Shown: positions 38,330 through 51,834 of the stretch, one piece after another | Layout of the letters: each line of letters starts with the position of its first letter | Numbering within the stretch: position 1 is the stretch's first letter | Origin: Vermamoeba vermiformis | Taxonomy: Eukaryota | Length of the DNA stretch: 63,247 nucleotides | Direction of reading: 5' to 3' | Assembly (NCBI GenBank): GCA_045837725.1 | Contig: JBEWZL010000137.1 | Coordinates: forward strand, 124,001 to 187,247 | The notes under the pieces: model-generated | What the model was told of the DNA's origin: nothing | The model's input: only the letters and a program-made list of their open reading frames with translations | Databases searched by the model: none | Program-made: the position numbers and the translations under genes

Positions 38330-40437
38330 TTATTTCCACAAACTCTTCGCGTACCACGCACTCGATTCAAATTCAGCGCGCAGACCTTTGTTGCAGCGCA
38401 TGTACTCGTCGTACAGGCCACCAGTGATCTTTGATAAGAACGATTTGTACGAGGGCCTGGCACGTGCAATGACATTAATATAAGCAATGCAATGTATATT
38501 AATATTTACCGTATGTTGCGTGGCTCCCAAATACCTGCGTAAAAAACAAGTGCCGTAAAGAACGAGTACAATAATTCCGTTCCATATTTAGGCGCTTTGA
38601 TCTTATTCAACGCTGCAAGGTGGTTATATACAGTTTGTATTGCCTAATAAGGAAATTAGTATTTAGCAAAAACTTTGCAGTCTAGGATCTGACTTACTTT
38701 AGCAAATATATACATAGAGATTTCAAGCGATGAGCTCAAATATGACGATAGGCCCGCTATAAAGCCTGCTATTATTGTATTATACGCGTCGTCTCTTCGG
38801 CGCATAATTCTGAGAATTAACGGTCAGTTCAATGAACGCTTTCAAAAGTCAAAAATTTCGTTACCTTAATCTACATTTGATGAACCGCGAGAGTGCTGAT
38901 AGGCAGCCTAAGAATAAGCCAAATCGAATCTACGTTATGAAAGTATTAGATCGCGTGTTTGAGAGTACTTTAAGTCGAACGGATGTACCTGTTGAGATCC
39001 AAAACTTTTCAGTAGTATTTGTTTGAGTTTATCTCCGCTTAATCCTCGTACTCGTACCAAACTAGAAACTAAGGCCAATAATCCCTAGTAACGTGATCAT
39101 TAGAATCGAGATTTCATCAACGCGCCAAATTTCAAAATTTAATTCGGATCTTAAGCAAGCGTAATGATCTTTAGGATTGATTAATATAATTAATGTATTA
39201 ATAGTACATACTTTTAATCCATATCCAAATAAGAAAGACTGGCTGAAGTTAGCGAACCAATGCACTTCGCATCTGGTGCCGTGTAATTGGTGCGGACACG
39301 TCATTTCCTCTAAATATTAACAATAACCGTGTTGTTATTACGAGTACTAGTAATATTATAGTATTACTATGAGTTACCTGACGATGAGTCTTCGGAGTCA
39401 AAGCTAGTGGAAGAGAGTTTTCGTTCTAAGAGCTGTGGCTTGCCTTCTTGGCCGTTTAAAAATTTGACAATATTTCCAACATTGCTTAAATATTGCGGCG
39501 CGTGTTTTTGATAATAACTGAGCACCGCCCATGAAGCCGCGAATAAAATGCCCATGCTGTGTTTGATTGGCTTGATGCAGCCTAGAATAATGAACAATAT
39601 TAATCCATGTGAGTATGCGCGCATCTCAAATATTATGATCAAACGTTCGACATTAGATCCGGCATTGTAAAAACTATCGTCCAATGAAATTTCGTAATAA
39701 TGAGACACTAACCTCTCGACACCATCATCCTAAATATGGTCTCGAGTCCTACATTAAGGACATATACAGCAAGTTCTTTTCGTCGTCCTTGGTGCTCGAC
39801 AAAAATCGAGATCAACGCCGCTACAAAGAAACTTCCAAAAAAGTAAATTCGATAGGCGCGGTGCGTCAGGCCAAGTAATAGGCAATGAAAAGTGACGAAT
39901 AGACCGCCATATATTGCTATAATATAATCGATGTTAGTTATTATAACCGAGATATTTAACATTTAGTAAATGTGAATCACAAAAAAACAATTTGGAAAAA
40001 TTGAATTTACGGCTTAGCTGAGAATATGTATAAGAACTCGAAAATGCAAAAGAATAATTTAAGTATTTAACTGACGCGCCGCTTCAAAAAATTACGGATT
40101 TGAAAAATCGTCCGTTAGGCGCGGAATTTGAGAATAAATACTAAATCAAGCTTAAATAAACGTAAATTGATGGCAAAATACCAAATATATAATTGTCATG
40201 CTTACACAAGAAGGAGCTACTTCTTACAACGGCGGGAACGACTTTAGTGAGAATGGATTTGACTCCTCTGCGTCCAACTATGTGCGTAATGAGGTACAGC
40301 GGTCCATAGAGCTTAATGGCTGCTATGAAAGGATATAAGAACGCCTTTCCGGTGAACCGATAGTGGGATTTGGTTTCAGCGTGCAGCACTTCCGAGCAGG
40401 GCTTGTAAAACCAATAAAGCTCCTTCGAGTGCGACAT
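38330..40437 (-). CDS. TMEM135: TMEM135/PMP52-like (Tim17-related) peroxisomal membrane protein
   Basis: PCSEVLH, KLYGPLYL, VRSSSFL, VEHQGRRKELAVYV, FGLFLG and NTIIAGFIAGLS. C-terminal EPRNIRPSYKSFLSKITGG resembles the TMEM135 LRPSY.KFL motif. Confidence 0.8.
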
Positions 40438-40632
40438 GGTGTCACAATAAACAATAAATTATAAAAATTCGATGCATCGCGATGTCGGTTAGTCGCCAAA
40501 TTTAGCGAGACTTTTGTCACAAAAAAAAAAAGAGACAAAGCGAAAGGAACACTTTGAGATAATCAATAATAAGATTGGTATGTACGAGTAATTACAAGTA
40601 TACAGCAACAATGATCATGATGACTGGTGCTA

Positions 40633-43358
40633 TTAGAAATACGCTCCAACCACATTTTTCTTGTTGCTCTGATTGAACTCCAACACGCTGACTTCACCCG
40701 TGCTCGTGTAGCAATACAAACGATCCTCCTAACAACACATCGATGAGTTACTGAGTCTTAATACGACAAGGTGCGACAACTTACCGTCATATGCATTGAC
40801 TTGATGTGGCCGTGTCCGTGCAGCGAGTGTTGCGCGTGCGTGTGCGTGAACTTCTTGCGCCATTCATTGCGCTGCAATTAAAAAATATCACGTGTTATTT
40901 CCATATTTGGCAAGAGAAGTGAAGTACTTACACGACCAAGCACTTCGCTAGGATTGTTAGGATTGAGGCCGTTCGAAGTCAAGAAGTTGTTAATAGCCTC
41001 CAATTCATTATACTCGGGCTCAATCTCGTCAATCTCCATGTCATTCTCCACGTCATCGCCGTCATTGTTCTCATCGACCATCTTCTCAGGTTGGTCTGGT
41101 TTAGCGCCGATCTGTGACACCACAATGTCCTTCCTCTCAACAGCTCGTGCAAAGTTGGTCACTTTATCCTCAAGCACGAATCGACTTGCGTTGTCGGAGG
41201 TGATGATTAACTGCTCTAAAACAACAATCAGCTCAAACGTGCTTTAAATATGGTGAACGCTCTACATACTGCCGACACCAAATACGTGCCGCGAGCCATT
41301 CGTGTCAAATGCTGATACCTTATGTTGAAAACTGTGTTGATTGACGCAACCGTGGTCCAGGGCACGAGAATCCCATTCCCTTTTGTGACACGTAAGATTT
41401 TAATCCAGCAAAGTATTGTCTGCTTACTTGACCGTTCCGGCATGAGTATAGAACGTAAATGGCCGCCAATCATTGCCTGCTTTCAGTGTCTTCACCTCTG
41501 TCGAATGACCTTTGAACGATTCAATGCACTTGCCAACACGCAAATCAAACATCTACAATGAATTGTTAACAAAGACCTGCTTGAAAACGATGTTACGTCC
41601 TTACAATGATTTCCCCCAAGTGATCTCCGGTGCGCACAACATTATCGTACAAAGATAATTGCGGATTAGGACCACATTCGTAGAACTGATTCACGAGCGT
41701 GTTCTTCTCCAGGTCCCAAACTACTCGCACGTTAGTACCAGTACTGTACCTTAATACTGCTACATACCTCGCACGGTGCCTTCATTTGCACCAGCTATGA
41801 GCCATTTATCGTCAAAAACAATGCTCGAAAAGCTTGTTGTGTCTACCTTGAGCATTCCACCAACGAGCTCGCCGCTACAATTAACAATCAGCTTCAAGTT
41901 ATTGTATAAATACGAACGTACCTAGCGCTGCTCCAGGGTAATGAATGTGACTTGGTCATATCCCACAACAATAAGTTGCCGTCAGTGTCAGCTGATACGA
42001 TCGACTTGCCACGAGCGTAAAAACAGTTGATTCGTGCCCTGCACTGAGGTTAGAAAATTGCATTACTCTACGGTATTGTTTACATACCCGTGTCCACGAA
42101 GTGTTTTTTCTACTTGCAGCTTGTTTGTGTTAATAAGCTGCAGTTGATTAGCCACGGAGATGACAAGGATCTCGCGCAATTGTTTGTCGTTGCACCACGG
42201 AAATGCGTAACCACTCACTAAATATCCATTATTAGTAACATATTATATGATATATAAACACTTCTTACTATCTACAAGCTGCAGTTGCTGCTTTTCATTT
42301 TCGTTTGCCATAACGTGAATGTTCGCACGCGACAATCCTTCCACTTCTCGTTCAGTGAACGGATTCAGCCATCGCTTATCTTGCTTGTATTTATTGACAT
42401 ATACTGAGCGCCATGTTACGTCTAAATAACAAATATGCTTAGCTTAAGAAAATGATGTTCGTTCAGATCTTACATTGCTGAGTGCGAACTTCTTCTGGGG
42501 CCTCTAAAAGTAGCCATGTATCGTAGAATAAGTTCTCCCAAATAGTATTATCGACGGTGAGTTCGCTCCAATAGCTGCAGACCTAAGCATGGGTAAGTAA
42601 CGCGATCAGAAGTCTCGATCTTAACTTACTTGGGTGCAGTTGACTAGATCCAAGTGATTCAAGTGCGAGAATATGTAGATCAAAATCTCGTCAGGTAGAT
42701 GATACAGTGCTAAAGATTCGTCGCCTTCCGGAAACTTCAGCTGCGATACATCCACCCTTTGTACTGGCCGAAATACGAGTTAGTCGTAGTTCCTCGATAA
42801 AGCCAATAATAGTAACAATATTGATATGGATATTTAACTCATTATTTACCATTTGTTCGACCAGGCTTAGCAGACGAAAGTAGCAATAATTTCTGACCCT
42901 GATCTTCGAGTTAAAAATTGCCAAATAATGAAATATTACTTCTTACCTCTTTAATGGATAGCTTGTTAAGTTCTGTCTCATTCTGATGAAATAGAAAATT
43001 ATTAGAATTTAGAAATTAATTTTTGAATATTCAATTTCGATTCTATTCGAGTATCAAAGCTAGATATAACAATAAACTTATACAATACCAATATATTTGT
43101 TATTGATGGTATGTCATCATTATTTTAACCAGATTGACTCACCTTCAAAGCACCTTTTGTTAATCCGAAAAGTTTTTGCGACTGCGGCGCTATTCCTGTT
43201 GCTTTAGCGACGAGCTCTTTAAATTGAAGTGCAGTGCCATTGATATTTAAGTTTAACCGATACCTATAAGTTTAGTGTAATTCAAAACACTGGATCGAGC
43301 TAGATGTGTTAAACTGGACTTACGGCTTAGATTTATATACGACGATTACGAGCACCAT
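40633..43358 (-). CDS. Ubiquitin-like domain + F-box + WD40-like protein
   Basis: N-terminal exons: MVLVIVVYKS..YRLNLNINGTALQFKELVAKATGIAPQSQKLFGL..GQKLLL (UBL). F-box LPDEILIYIFSHLNHLDLVNCTQVCSYWR. WD-like segments LIAGANEGTVR..WD and LLLWD. Confidence 0.75.
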
Positions 43359-43629
43359 CTAATCTTAATCGTTAATATCGCGTGGTGCTAAGTGTTCTCG
43401 TCTCTGTACAAATTTAGAACAAGAAATTTTCTAGTCCAACATTCTATTGATTTCTTGTCGTGTTGATAGCATTGAAGACAGTGAAATAATACATTAATAA
43501 TCTCTTTTAGACTATTTTCACCTACATTTGCTCGCTTAGTGCATTATTGTTCAGTTGTGAACAAAAAAATTTGGTTTGGGTAAAAAGGGCAATAGACGCG
43601 TGCGTTAAAGCGGAACACAACAATAGACG

Positions 43630-44148
43630 ATGGACGTAAATACCTTGACTTTGGAAGATATTGACGGGAGCTGGTATATTCACGCCACGAATTTTCCAAT
43701 GTGGAAAAGCAAGGCGAAGTCTGATCAGAGCTTTACGTACACGCTCAAAATGAAGAAAAACGGCAAAAAATATTTTCTCGATCAAGTGCGATACCGACAG
43801 AATAAGAGTTCGAAAACTATCACCGGTTACGACTATCAAAATCAAACACATCCAAATAAATTCACTTGGAAGGGCAAAGGAATACTGTTTTTTGCAAAGA
43901 GCAAGTGGCAGTTCGATATAGTAGCAGCTGATAAATCTTGGGCGGTAATTTCATTCTCAAAAACCGCCTTTACAAAACAAGGAGTGGACATCATTTCGCG
44001 ATCTCAAGAAATAAGCGAAGAAACAATGAACGAGATCATCGATGCCATTAATAATCACGATACATTACGCGCCAAAGCAAAGAATCTTTTTACAGTAAAA
44101 CAAAACGGCACGAAACCGGATTTCACGTTCGACAAACTGAACCAATAA
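43630..44148 (+). CDS. Intronless lipocalin-like beta-barrel protein
   Basis: GSWY near the N-terminus (lipocalin GxW), TNFPMW, FTWKGKG and WAVISFSKT..GVDIISR. Confidence 0.65.
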   Translation: MDVNTLTLEDIDGSWYIHATNFPMWKSKAKSDQSFTYTLKMKKNGKKYFLDQVRYRQNKSSKTITGYDYQNQTHPNKFTWKGKGILFFAKSKWQFDIVAADKSWAVISFSKTAFTKQGVDIISRSQEISEETMNEIIDAINNHDTLRAKAKNLFTVKQNGTKPDFTFDKLNQ

Positions 44149-44190
44149 TTTTCGTCGCAGTATTTGTAAATAAAAATCGCTTTATTTAAT

Positions 44191-46101
44191 TTATTTCATA
44201 TGGTGCTTCAATGCTTGACTCAACTTAGAGTACAAATGCAATTGCTGGTCAATGCTCAAATTGTACTGGATCAAGGTGAAGATCTCGTCAGCATCGAAAG
44301 CAGGAGGCTTGATGAAAGTAGTATAATACACAAACACGAATAAGCTCATGATGAACTGGCAATCCATGCGATCAGTCACACCTCCGTGACCCGGCAACAC
44401 GCTGTCAAAGTCCTAAAAATAGTCGCAAAGTCAATGTGCCGTTCATGAATAACCAGATCTGTTTTCAACTACTGACCTTGATCTTATGTGCACGTTTAAT
44501 AGCACTCGCCAAGAACCCTCCAAACGGTGCAATTAACGAGGCAAACAACGCGAAGACAATGCCGTGCAATTGGAATGGGACTGCGTTGATGGACTCCCAT
44601 TGAATGCCAAACTAAATGCGTGCATCGCTTAGTATCATTCATGTACTATTATTAATGTCCTATTGTGAACTTACTGAGCGCAAGACAGCTTGGACGGGAC
44701 CGGGGAAGTAGATCTCGGTGCGTTGGAAGAAAGCAGGCGTGGCACATTCAGTAGGATAAGTGCCCGGGCAAGTCAACCAGTGGTATTGGCTCAACGCTCC
44801 CGCGCCCTGAAATTTCATTAGCACTGCATTTCCTAATTTGGTAATCCTTCATTTTTGTCACTTACGTAATAGCCGACCACGACGGTCCAAAAAGCAGCAC
44901 CGACGAAACCTTCCCAAGTCTTGTTGGGCGACAGTTTGAGGAGAGGTCTGTTGATGAGCTTCTTGCCGAATGTAAAGCCCATAAAGTACGCAGCAATGTC
45001 GTTAAAGACGATCAAACTCGTGGGGAACACGAACCAGATCAGACCTTCGAAAATCATCGTGAACGTGAAGTGTGCTTGAACAACGACCTATGCAACTCGT
45101 TAGTACTCGGCACCTATTATAACAATATTATAATACTTACGACCAACAAAGTCGTGATGGTCCAAGCCATTTGCGTGATTTGATATTTGAGCGTGTTTTT
45201 TCTCAACGAAGCAATAAAGGCCACAAATCCTATTCTCATATTAATCTCGGATATAACTATACTATATTAGTGTTATTGCACGTACCAGCGCAGTAAAAAA
45301 TGAACGAGAACCAGTTGTAATGGTGATGCAAATAGTCGTAGATTTTGACGGGCATGTTGTCGCGGAAATAAATCAACACGTTCTTGCCGTAGTAGTGGAA
45401 CAACGTGATGAACAAAAAGTACCTATAAATAGCATTTGATATTACTATAAAGTAACAGTAATCGGATTTTAAAGACCAACTACGACAGCACCAAAAAATA
45501 AGTATTTTCGTTCTTACGGCCGATAAATTTCATAAATACTAAATTCGCTATAATCTAAGTATTTATAGTATAATTAATCATTCCTAATCGATTATAATCA
45601 AATTTGAATTTTTCGTTTAGTGTCGGTTTGAACGCCATAAATATCGCATGCGAGACATACCAGTTCAGAGTTCTAAAATACCATAATTTACGTTCTTTAG
45701 CTTGTTGATATCGTACGGCAACCATCTCACGGAATGTAAGTGCTTGCAAAATGATAATAAAAAGGCAGACCCAGATTCGGTCTTGCGCTAAAATCCACGC
45801 AAATACACCGATCAAGCACGCGCCTATTATATTAAATATTAATTCATTATTCCTACTAAGCAAACAATATTTCGAATATTCTAAATTATTCATTATTCGA
45901 AAATTTAAAATTGGAATTTGCCTCTAACGATTACTTACCGGTCATTACACGTGTCAACATTGATTTCCACTTATTTTTTGGTGGTTCAGTGCCAGGCATG
46001 GGTGCATCTGGCTTTTTCTCTTCAACGGCTTCCTGTCGATCTTTACCAGGTGACTCTGGCTTAGCCGCCTTTCTCTGCGTCAATTGCGATGTCGCAGACA
46101 T
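44191..46101 (-). CDS. CDS1: Phosphatidate cytidylyltransferase (CDP-diacylglycerol synthase)
   Basis: NDIAAYFMGFTFG, LSPNKTWEGFVG, IAPFGGFLASAIKRAHKIKDF and LPGHGGVTDRMDCQ. Confidence 0.95.
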
Positions 46102-46340
46102 TGTTGCGTGTTTGAGATATTTGAATTAAGTGCAAAATGATCGACACAAATTTATTGTCGGAGCTAAAAATACGACGTCAGTCTTTCGACGTTAAGGCTG
46201 GGAATTGGCCATATACCACTGGAATTCCATACCTGACATCGTATTCAAACTTTTAGTATTGTATTCGTAAGCATAATACTTGTACAAAAGGAGATCCAAT
46301 CCTTTTCGGATTCGAATCTAAGAATTCTTTTATTTTTTGT

Positions 46341-48500
46341 TTAAACACTAAACATCGAAGTGATATTGAGCTTGTTAATAGCAGCAGTCAGCGTATTCAA
46401 TTCAGACTTCAAGTTGTTAGCCAAGTACAACAGCTTGGGCTTGGTGTCGACAACTTCAACGGTCTTAGTGTAAGGATTGTAACGCACCGTGAAGGGACGA
46501 GAAAGCGATTCAGCGAACTCTCTGACCTTCTTCTTAGCATCCTATTTTAATTTAAAGTATGAGAATAAATCCTTGAAGAATTTTTTGAGGCGCGTGCGGA
46601 TGTGGTTTTTACCTCAAAGCTCTCAGTCACAAAGTAAAGAGGTTGGTATTCAGTAATAGGGTACTTAGTCACTGCAGCGACGAAGGGGTCAAAAGGTCTC
46701 TTTTGTGGCTTATCAGTCAAGCAGTACTAAAAAACAAGCATTAATACACTGGATCTGAGGACCTTTTCAGCACAAGATCTGCTTACGTCTAATTCACCAA
46801 ACGAAGACAACAGTCCAGCACCATAGGCCTTGACTCTGTCACCTTCTTTGCACAGACCAAACTCAGCAGTGAACCAGTACACCTGCAAGTAAGTTAGCAA
46901 AAGGCACGTGCCTTGACCGACATCAAACTGATGGTAGAAAATGTGCCTTGCAGCTGTTAATAGCCTCAATAATACTTACAGTTGACAATCGTTCAATTTC
47001 TTCTTCTGACGCGCCCAATGAAGCAAGACCAATCTCGTGCGAGAAGTCAGCAAAATCAGGATCTGTTGAAATGTTGTTATTAGACATGTGCTCACGATCT
47101 TAGGGTAAGATATATGCATATATATGACGCGCCTAACGTACCAGCAAATAGAGGCACGTGTCCGAGCAGTTCGTGGCACACATCTGGCTCAGGCGTGTAC
47201 AACGGCTGTGAGTGGTGACGAATGTATTGCGTGCTGTGGAAGATTCTGAAGGCAAATGCGTTCAAGAAGTCACGTGGTGTCAAGAGACCCATCACTGGTC
47301 GCAAAGTCCAGCCAGTGCAGTCCTAGAAACAAATCCAAATCTGATCAGTACTGAACATAAAGTGATTTGTTGAACTTAATAATGCATAAGGAGATTATTG
47401 CGCGAAGGTATTATATTATTAGGGCACTTACTTGCAAGAAGTCACTAACGTCTTGAAGTTGCGGGATGTTGTTTTCAGAGTAGCCGCAGTTCTGTTCCAA
47501 GAGCGGGAAGACGTAAGTATGTTGCTTGCACGCGTGACTAGGGAACAATTCTTTCAACTTGCGGTACACTGTGCGCCAAGTAGCCTTTTCAGCTTCGTTG
47601 TACTCGATTCTGGGGATCTGCGCGCCAGTTCTGTATTGGCGAGCAATAGCAGCGATCTCTGAACGTCTGCGACGGTATTCTTCATCCTGTATATTATAAT
47701 ATTAGCACGATATCTCATATTACTAACAATATTCAAACGAGATCCTATTATGTTTTGTGTCTCGTGTTGGCGCGTAATATTTCGAGAAACACCACATAAT
47801 TACATTATCAATAATTAGGGTAATATGTGTATCATATTTTAAGACGGTTTAATAAAATCTAGAGAATCTTTAGTATTTCTGTACCTTAAATCCAGGGTGA
47901 TCGGCATCCAATTCCGCACCGTAGGTGTAGACCTTATCAGCGAAGGTGTCCAAATCGTTCAACTTGCGAGGGAACCAAGGCACAATGTTGGAGTAGCCTG
48001 CACGAGTAGCCGTTGTTAGATTTGATCAGCTTGACCACGTGTAAATCGTTATTTACCCTTATTATTATTTTATTATTTTGCAATATTATATAATTGATAA
48101 AACTAAGATATTGTCGGTTATAATTAGTGAATGCAAGAAGATCATGCGTAATTTTCATGAAAGAATCGATTGGAAGCTTCAAACTTCAGAAGGGTGCGTA
48201 ATTATGCTTACTCTTTGATGTAGTTGCTTCAATATTAGTAGTCTTAACTGATATAACCTCTCCACGATGATTTCTGCGCAGTTCATCAGTAAAGTCCATA
48301 ACTCGAGCCATATCCGCTCCAGAAAAATCAACAAAAAAATCGTAGTCGAATTCGCGCGTTGTGGATGGGCGAGATTCGATGCGGGTCATATTCAAGTCAT
48401 GTTTCTTAATTACTCCAAGCACTTCTTGCAATGCACCAACTTCGTCGTGGATTGAGAACACGACGGATGTGATAAAATTTTCTTTAGGATCAGCGGCCAT
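46341..48500 (-). CDS. PAH: Phenylalanine 4-hydroxylase (ACT + catalytic domain)
   Basis: ACT domain with [10 protein letters not shown], then [54 protein letters not shown] and [13 protein letters not shown]. Confidence 0.95.
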
Positions 48501-48829
48501 TGTAGTATTATTGACGTGTTGTTGTTGTTACTGATGCGCAACAGAAATCTGGTTGATTTGACCGAAAAATCGAGTTTTCTGTTGGAACTGGTTCAGTGAA
48601 AAATTTTTGGTGCCTCTTCATTAAACAAGAAAATTACCACTGCTGATTAATAAAAATAATTTACATTAGATTATCTTCCATAATAACACGACAAATTAGT
48701 TTTTTTGGGCCAAAATTGCAAATGCAACGATTCCCGACCTAGAAGATTTTCTGCTCGTATTTTTGTGATTTTAATGTCGTAGAGCACAATACATATCTTA
48801 TTGTTACGTGCATTCTATTCATATCAACG

Positions 48830-50514
48830 ATGGAGCTATTACCGCGAGAGATACAGCAGCACCTGATCCAATTTATGGACCAAAAGTCAAAAAGAATAAT
48901 GAGACTGGCCAATACTCAATGGTTCAATGATATTAAATACAGTGATTATGTTATTTATTTTCTGACACGCAAATTAATGCAAGAAATGGCAGATCGACTT
49001 TCAAAATATCCGTGGCCAATTCATATCACGCTAAAAAAATCATTAATAGCGTTCTTGCCATCAATATCGCATGAATTTATTAAATTGACGAATTTGGAGT
49101 CGTTAGATATTGATGAAAGTTATTATTACCAGCAGAAGCAATTAATAGACGAAGAAGACTCCAATCAATATGAATGGCAGCCATTATCGCTATTAACCAA
49201 CTTAAAGAAGCTATCAATCAAGTCCCAAATATTTAAGAAATTACGTTGCTTGATCCCGCAGATGACAACTCTGACTTCTTTGGAGGTCACTCTTGACGGA
49301 TATTCGCGCGATGCTAGAGATGAGGATGCGTTCTATAATATGACTAATTTACGAGAACTATCTCTGATCCTCCAAGACGATTGCTGCGTGCCACTAACGT
49401 ACTGCCCAACGAATCTGACCAAGCTTTCCTTAGTTTATGAACCAAATGACTACGATCTTTACCAAGAGGTTAATTTAAGCCTATATAGGCAACTAAAGGC
49501 GTTAGATATGGATTTCAGCGTCTTTGTTGATGAAGTTAAATTGCTCGATCTGCCAACAACGCTCGAAAGTCTGAAGATTAAAGCGAACATGATAACAGAC
49601 GACAAAAAATCATTGCATAGATGCACTCATTAACAAGATTAAGCCTTTTATGCTCGGACTATATTGACACAATGTTACTTTCAGCTCGAGTCCTAGAGCG
49701 ATTGAAAATATTTGGATTTACCAAAGTAGGGCCAGCCGCAGACACACATCAGCTTTTTTCACATTTGAATGAAGAATTAGAAGAGATAGATATTAAATGT
49801 GTCGATATAAAGTCCATTCTTCATGTGGCGCATTCAATTCAACGGATGTCGATCAGGCCCGAGACCGATTTACGACTTATTACTCACTTTAGCAATTTGA
49901 CACAGCTTAAAATAAGCAAGAGATATAATAATGAATTGACAGAGGTGCAGCAATTAACGCAATTAAGAAGTCTCACGGTAAACTCAACCTCACCGTTGGA
50001 TCCGGCAGCACTCACCAATCTCGAGTATTTATCATTAAATTCTTCAAATGACTTCAATAGCTATTCGATCTTAACAAATTTGACTTGTTTGAAGTGCACC
50101 ATTGAGCCTGATGCAAAGATCGGTGGCACTCTGACACTTTTGACACGTCTCGTTCAACTGCAAATGAAAGTTGACCAATGCCATCTCGAGGAATTCACCG
50201 AATTTTGGCACCAACTTGCACAATTAACAACGCTGCATGATTTGCATATCGCAGGTTGCAAAAAGGCATTACCGTTCTCGGACATCTTGTTACTCCGAGA
50301 TTTGCCGAGATTGACAAGCCTTAGCGTGCCAGTCTCGTGCACTGCAGAGAATTTTCATTTGTTTACACAGCTATCGAATATTCAGATGTTGAAAGTGCAC
50401 AAAACAAATACCAAACACCGTTCTGTAGGTCCTGACTCATTAGACGACTTACGTTGCAGCATGCCATACTTGCGTCATGTATATGTATACGAAAATGTAT
50501 TATTAAACAAATAA
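48830..50514 (+). pseudogene. F-box + LRR gene split by a 1-nt frameshift near 49620 (pseudogene or sequencing error)
   Basis: F-box-like MELLPREIQQHLIQFM. LRRs continue across two overlapping ORFs in different frames (48830-49633 and 49621-50514), with no GT donor at the junction. Confidence 0.6.
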
Positions 50515-50526
50515 TAATATTTTATT

Positions 50527-51834
50527 TTAATCATATTTAGTGTTCTTGTTGACTTTTAGTTCGAACATTGCCGCGACAGGGTAATGATCCGAGGAATAGT
50601 CAGTAGCAACGGTATCTACCACTGCTATAAACTTAGGTGCCAATTGCACATTATTTATAGTATTTTGAGAGTCGTTTTGCGTAGTTGCAGTAACTGCATC
50701 GGGTTGATCGAACAGAATCCAGTCCACGTGCAATCTATTAATACTCGTGGGCAATCCTTCTTTGAGTGCGGATGCAGTTATGTTGCCTAAAGCTGTCAAA
50801 GAACTCCTCCAATTGATGCCATCCATTACTATAAAGCAGCCGCCACCATGAAGAGTTTGCAAGATGTACTGGATCACTCGCGCACCATAGGTATTGAGAA
50901 AAGGACCCATCCAATGGTGGTACGATATCGCAAATGAATTTGTGACGCACTCATTCGAGCCTAGTCTTTTACAGGTGTCCCAAGTATCGTTCAGTTTTGA
51001 GGTCAAGATCTGATGTGTTTGGTGGCCTGGCGCGGAATTAAAATCGCCAAAAAAGAATACTGGGTCGTTAGAATACTCGGCTTTGGTGCGTTCTATCCAT
51101 TCCAATGCCTTGCGCGCTTGAAATCTTCGAGCTTCTTCGTTCCAAACATCCAGATGCGTGTTGAACGCCAGCACATGAATATCTTCATCTACGTTGTTAT
51201 TGTCCTTGTTATAATAACTAGGCTTGATCTTGAACCTTCCGAAGGTCATGGTGCGTAGTCCGCGGCTCTTCGGATGTTTGGACTCGACAACTCGGGGTGT
51301 ATCCGACAACCAAACGTGATCTTCATAAACAAGCTCCAAAGCCTCTTTGTCGTAGAATATAGCTGTGCGATAATCATGCACGCGCGATTTATGGCCAATA
51401 GAGTCATATTCGTGCGTGTAACCAGGTCTTTTGTAGCCAATCACTCCGTACGTGGCATCCGGCTTCATTTCTCGTTGCAAATCCATTATTTGTCCATTAA
51501 ATGGCTCTTGTAGTCCAGCAATGAGCGGCTTCCATTTTTTAAATACATTGGCCAGCCTTGGCAATCGCTTTACGAAATGGTCGTTCGGATTCGCTTCTTG
51601 CCCATCATACCTAACATTGAAAGACATGACAGGGAAGGGCATAGAGACGTCATTAATATCCAAACTACCACTTCTAACACCGTTGATACTTTGATTGCGA
51701 ATAGCAGCGCCAATATCCTGAAATTGACGTCGCAATTGCTCGCTTTCATTTGGATCGTGCAACGGTAGCTTGAACGAGGCAAAAATCAGGGCTAATACAA
51801 GAAGTATTAGTATAAACATTGTGCGTCTCTTCAT
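50527..51834 (-). CDS. Endonuclease/exonuclease/phosphatase (EEP) family protein with N-terminal signal anchor, intronless
   Basis: SFNVRYD, GLQE, WLSDTP, FNTHLD, GDFN, VDWI and SDHYPV. Confidence 0.9.
   Translation of the reverse strand: MKRRTMFILILLVLALIFASFKLPLHDPNESEQLRRQFQDIGAAIRNQSINGVRSGSLDINDVSMPFPVMSFNVRYDGQEANPNDHFVKRLPRLANVFKKWKPLIAGLQEPFNGQIMDLQREMKPDATYGVIGYKRPGYTHEYDSIGHKSRVHDYRTAIFYDKEALELVYEDHVWLSDTPRVVESKHPKSRGLRTMTFGRFKIKPSYYNKDNNNVDEDIHVLAFNTHLDVWNEEARRFQARKALEWIERTKAEYSNDPVFFFGDFNSAPGHQTHQILTSKLNDTWDTCKRLGSNECVTNSFAISYHHWMGPFLNTYGARVIQYILQTLHGGGCFIVMDGINWRSSLTALGNITASALKEGLPTSINRLHVDWILFDQPDAVTATTQNDSQNTINNVQLAPKFIAVVDTVATDYSSDHYPVAAMFELKVNKNTKYD

Noticed and set aside
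46341-48500. Phenylalanine hydroxylase as part of the peroxisomal cluster
   Set aside because: It is about 8.5 kb away, separated by unrelated genes, looks like a conserved housekeeping enzyme, and has no PTS1 (ends MFSV).
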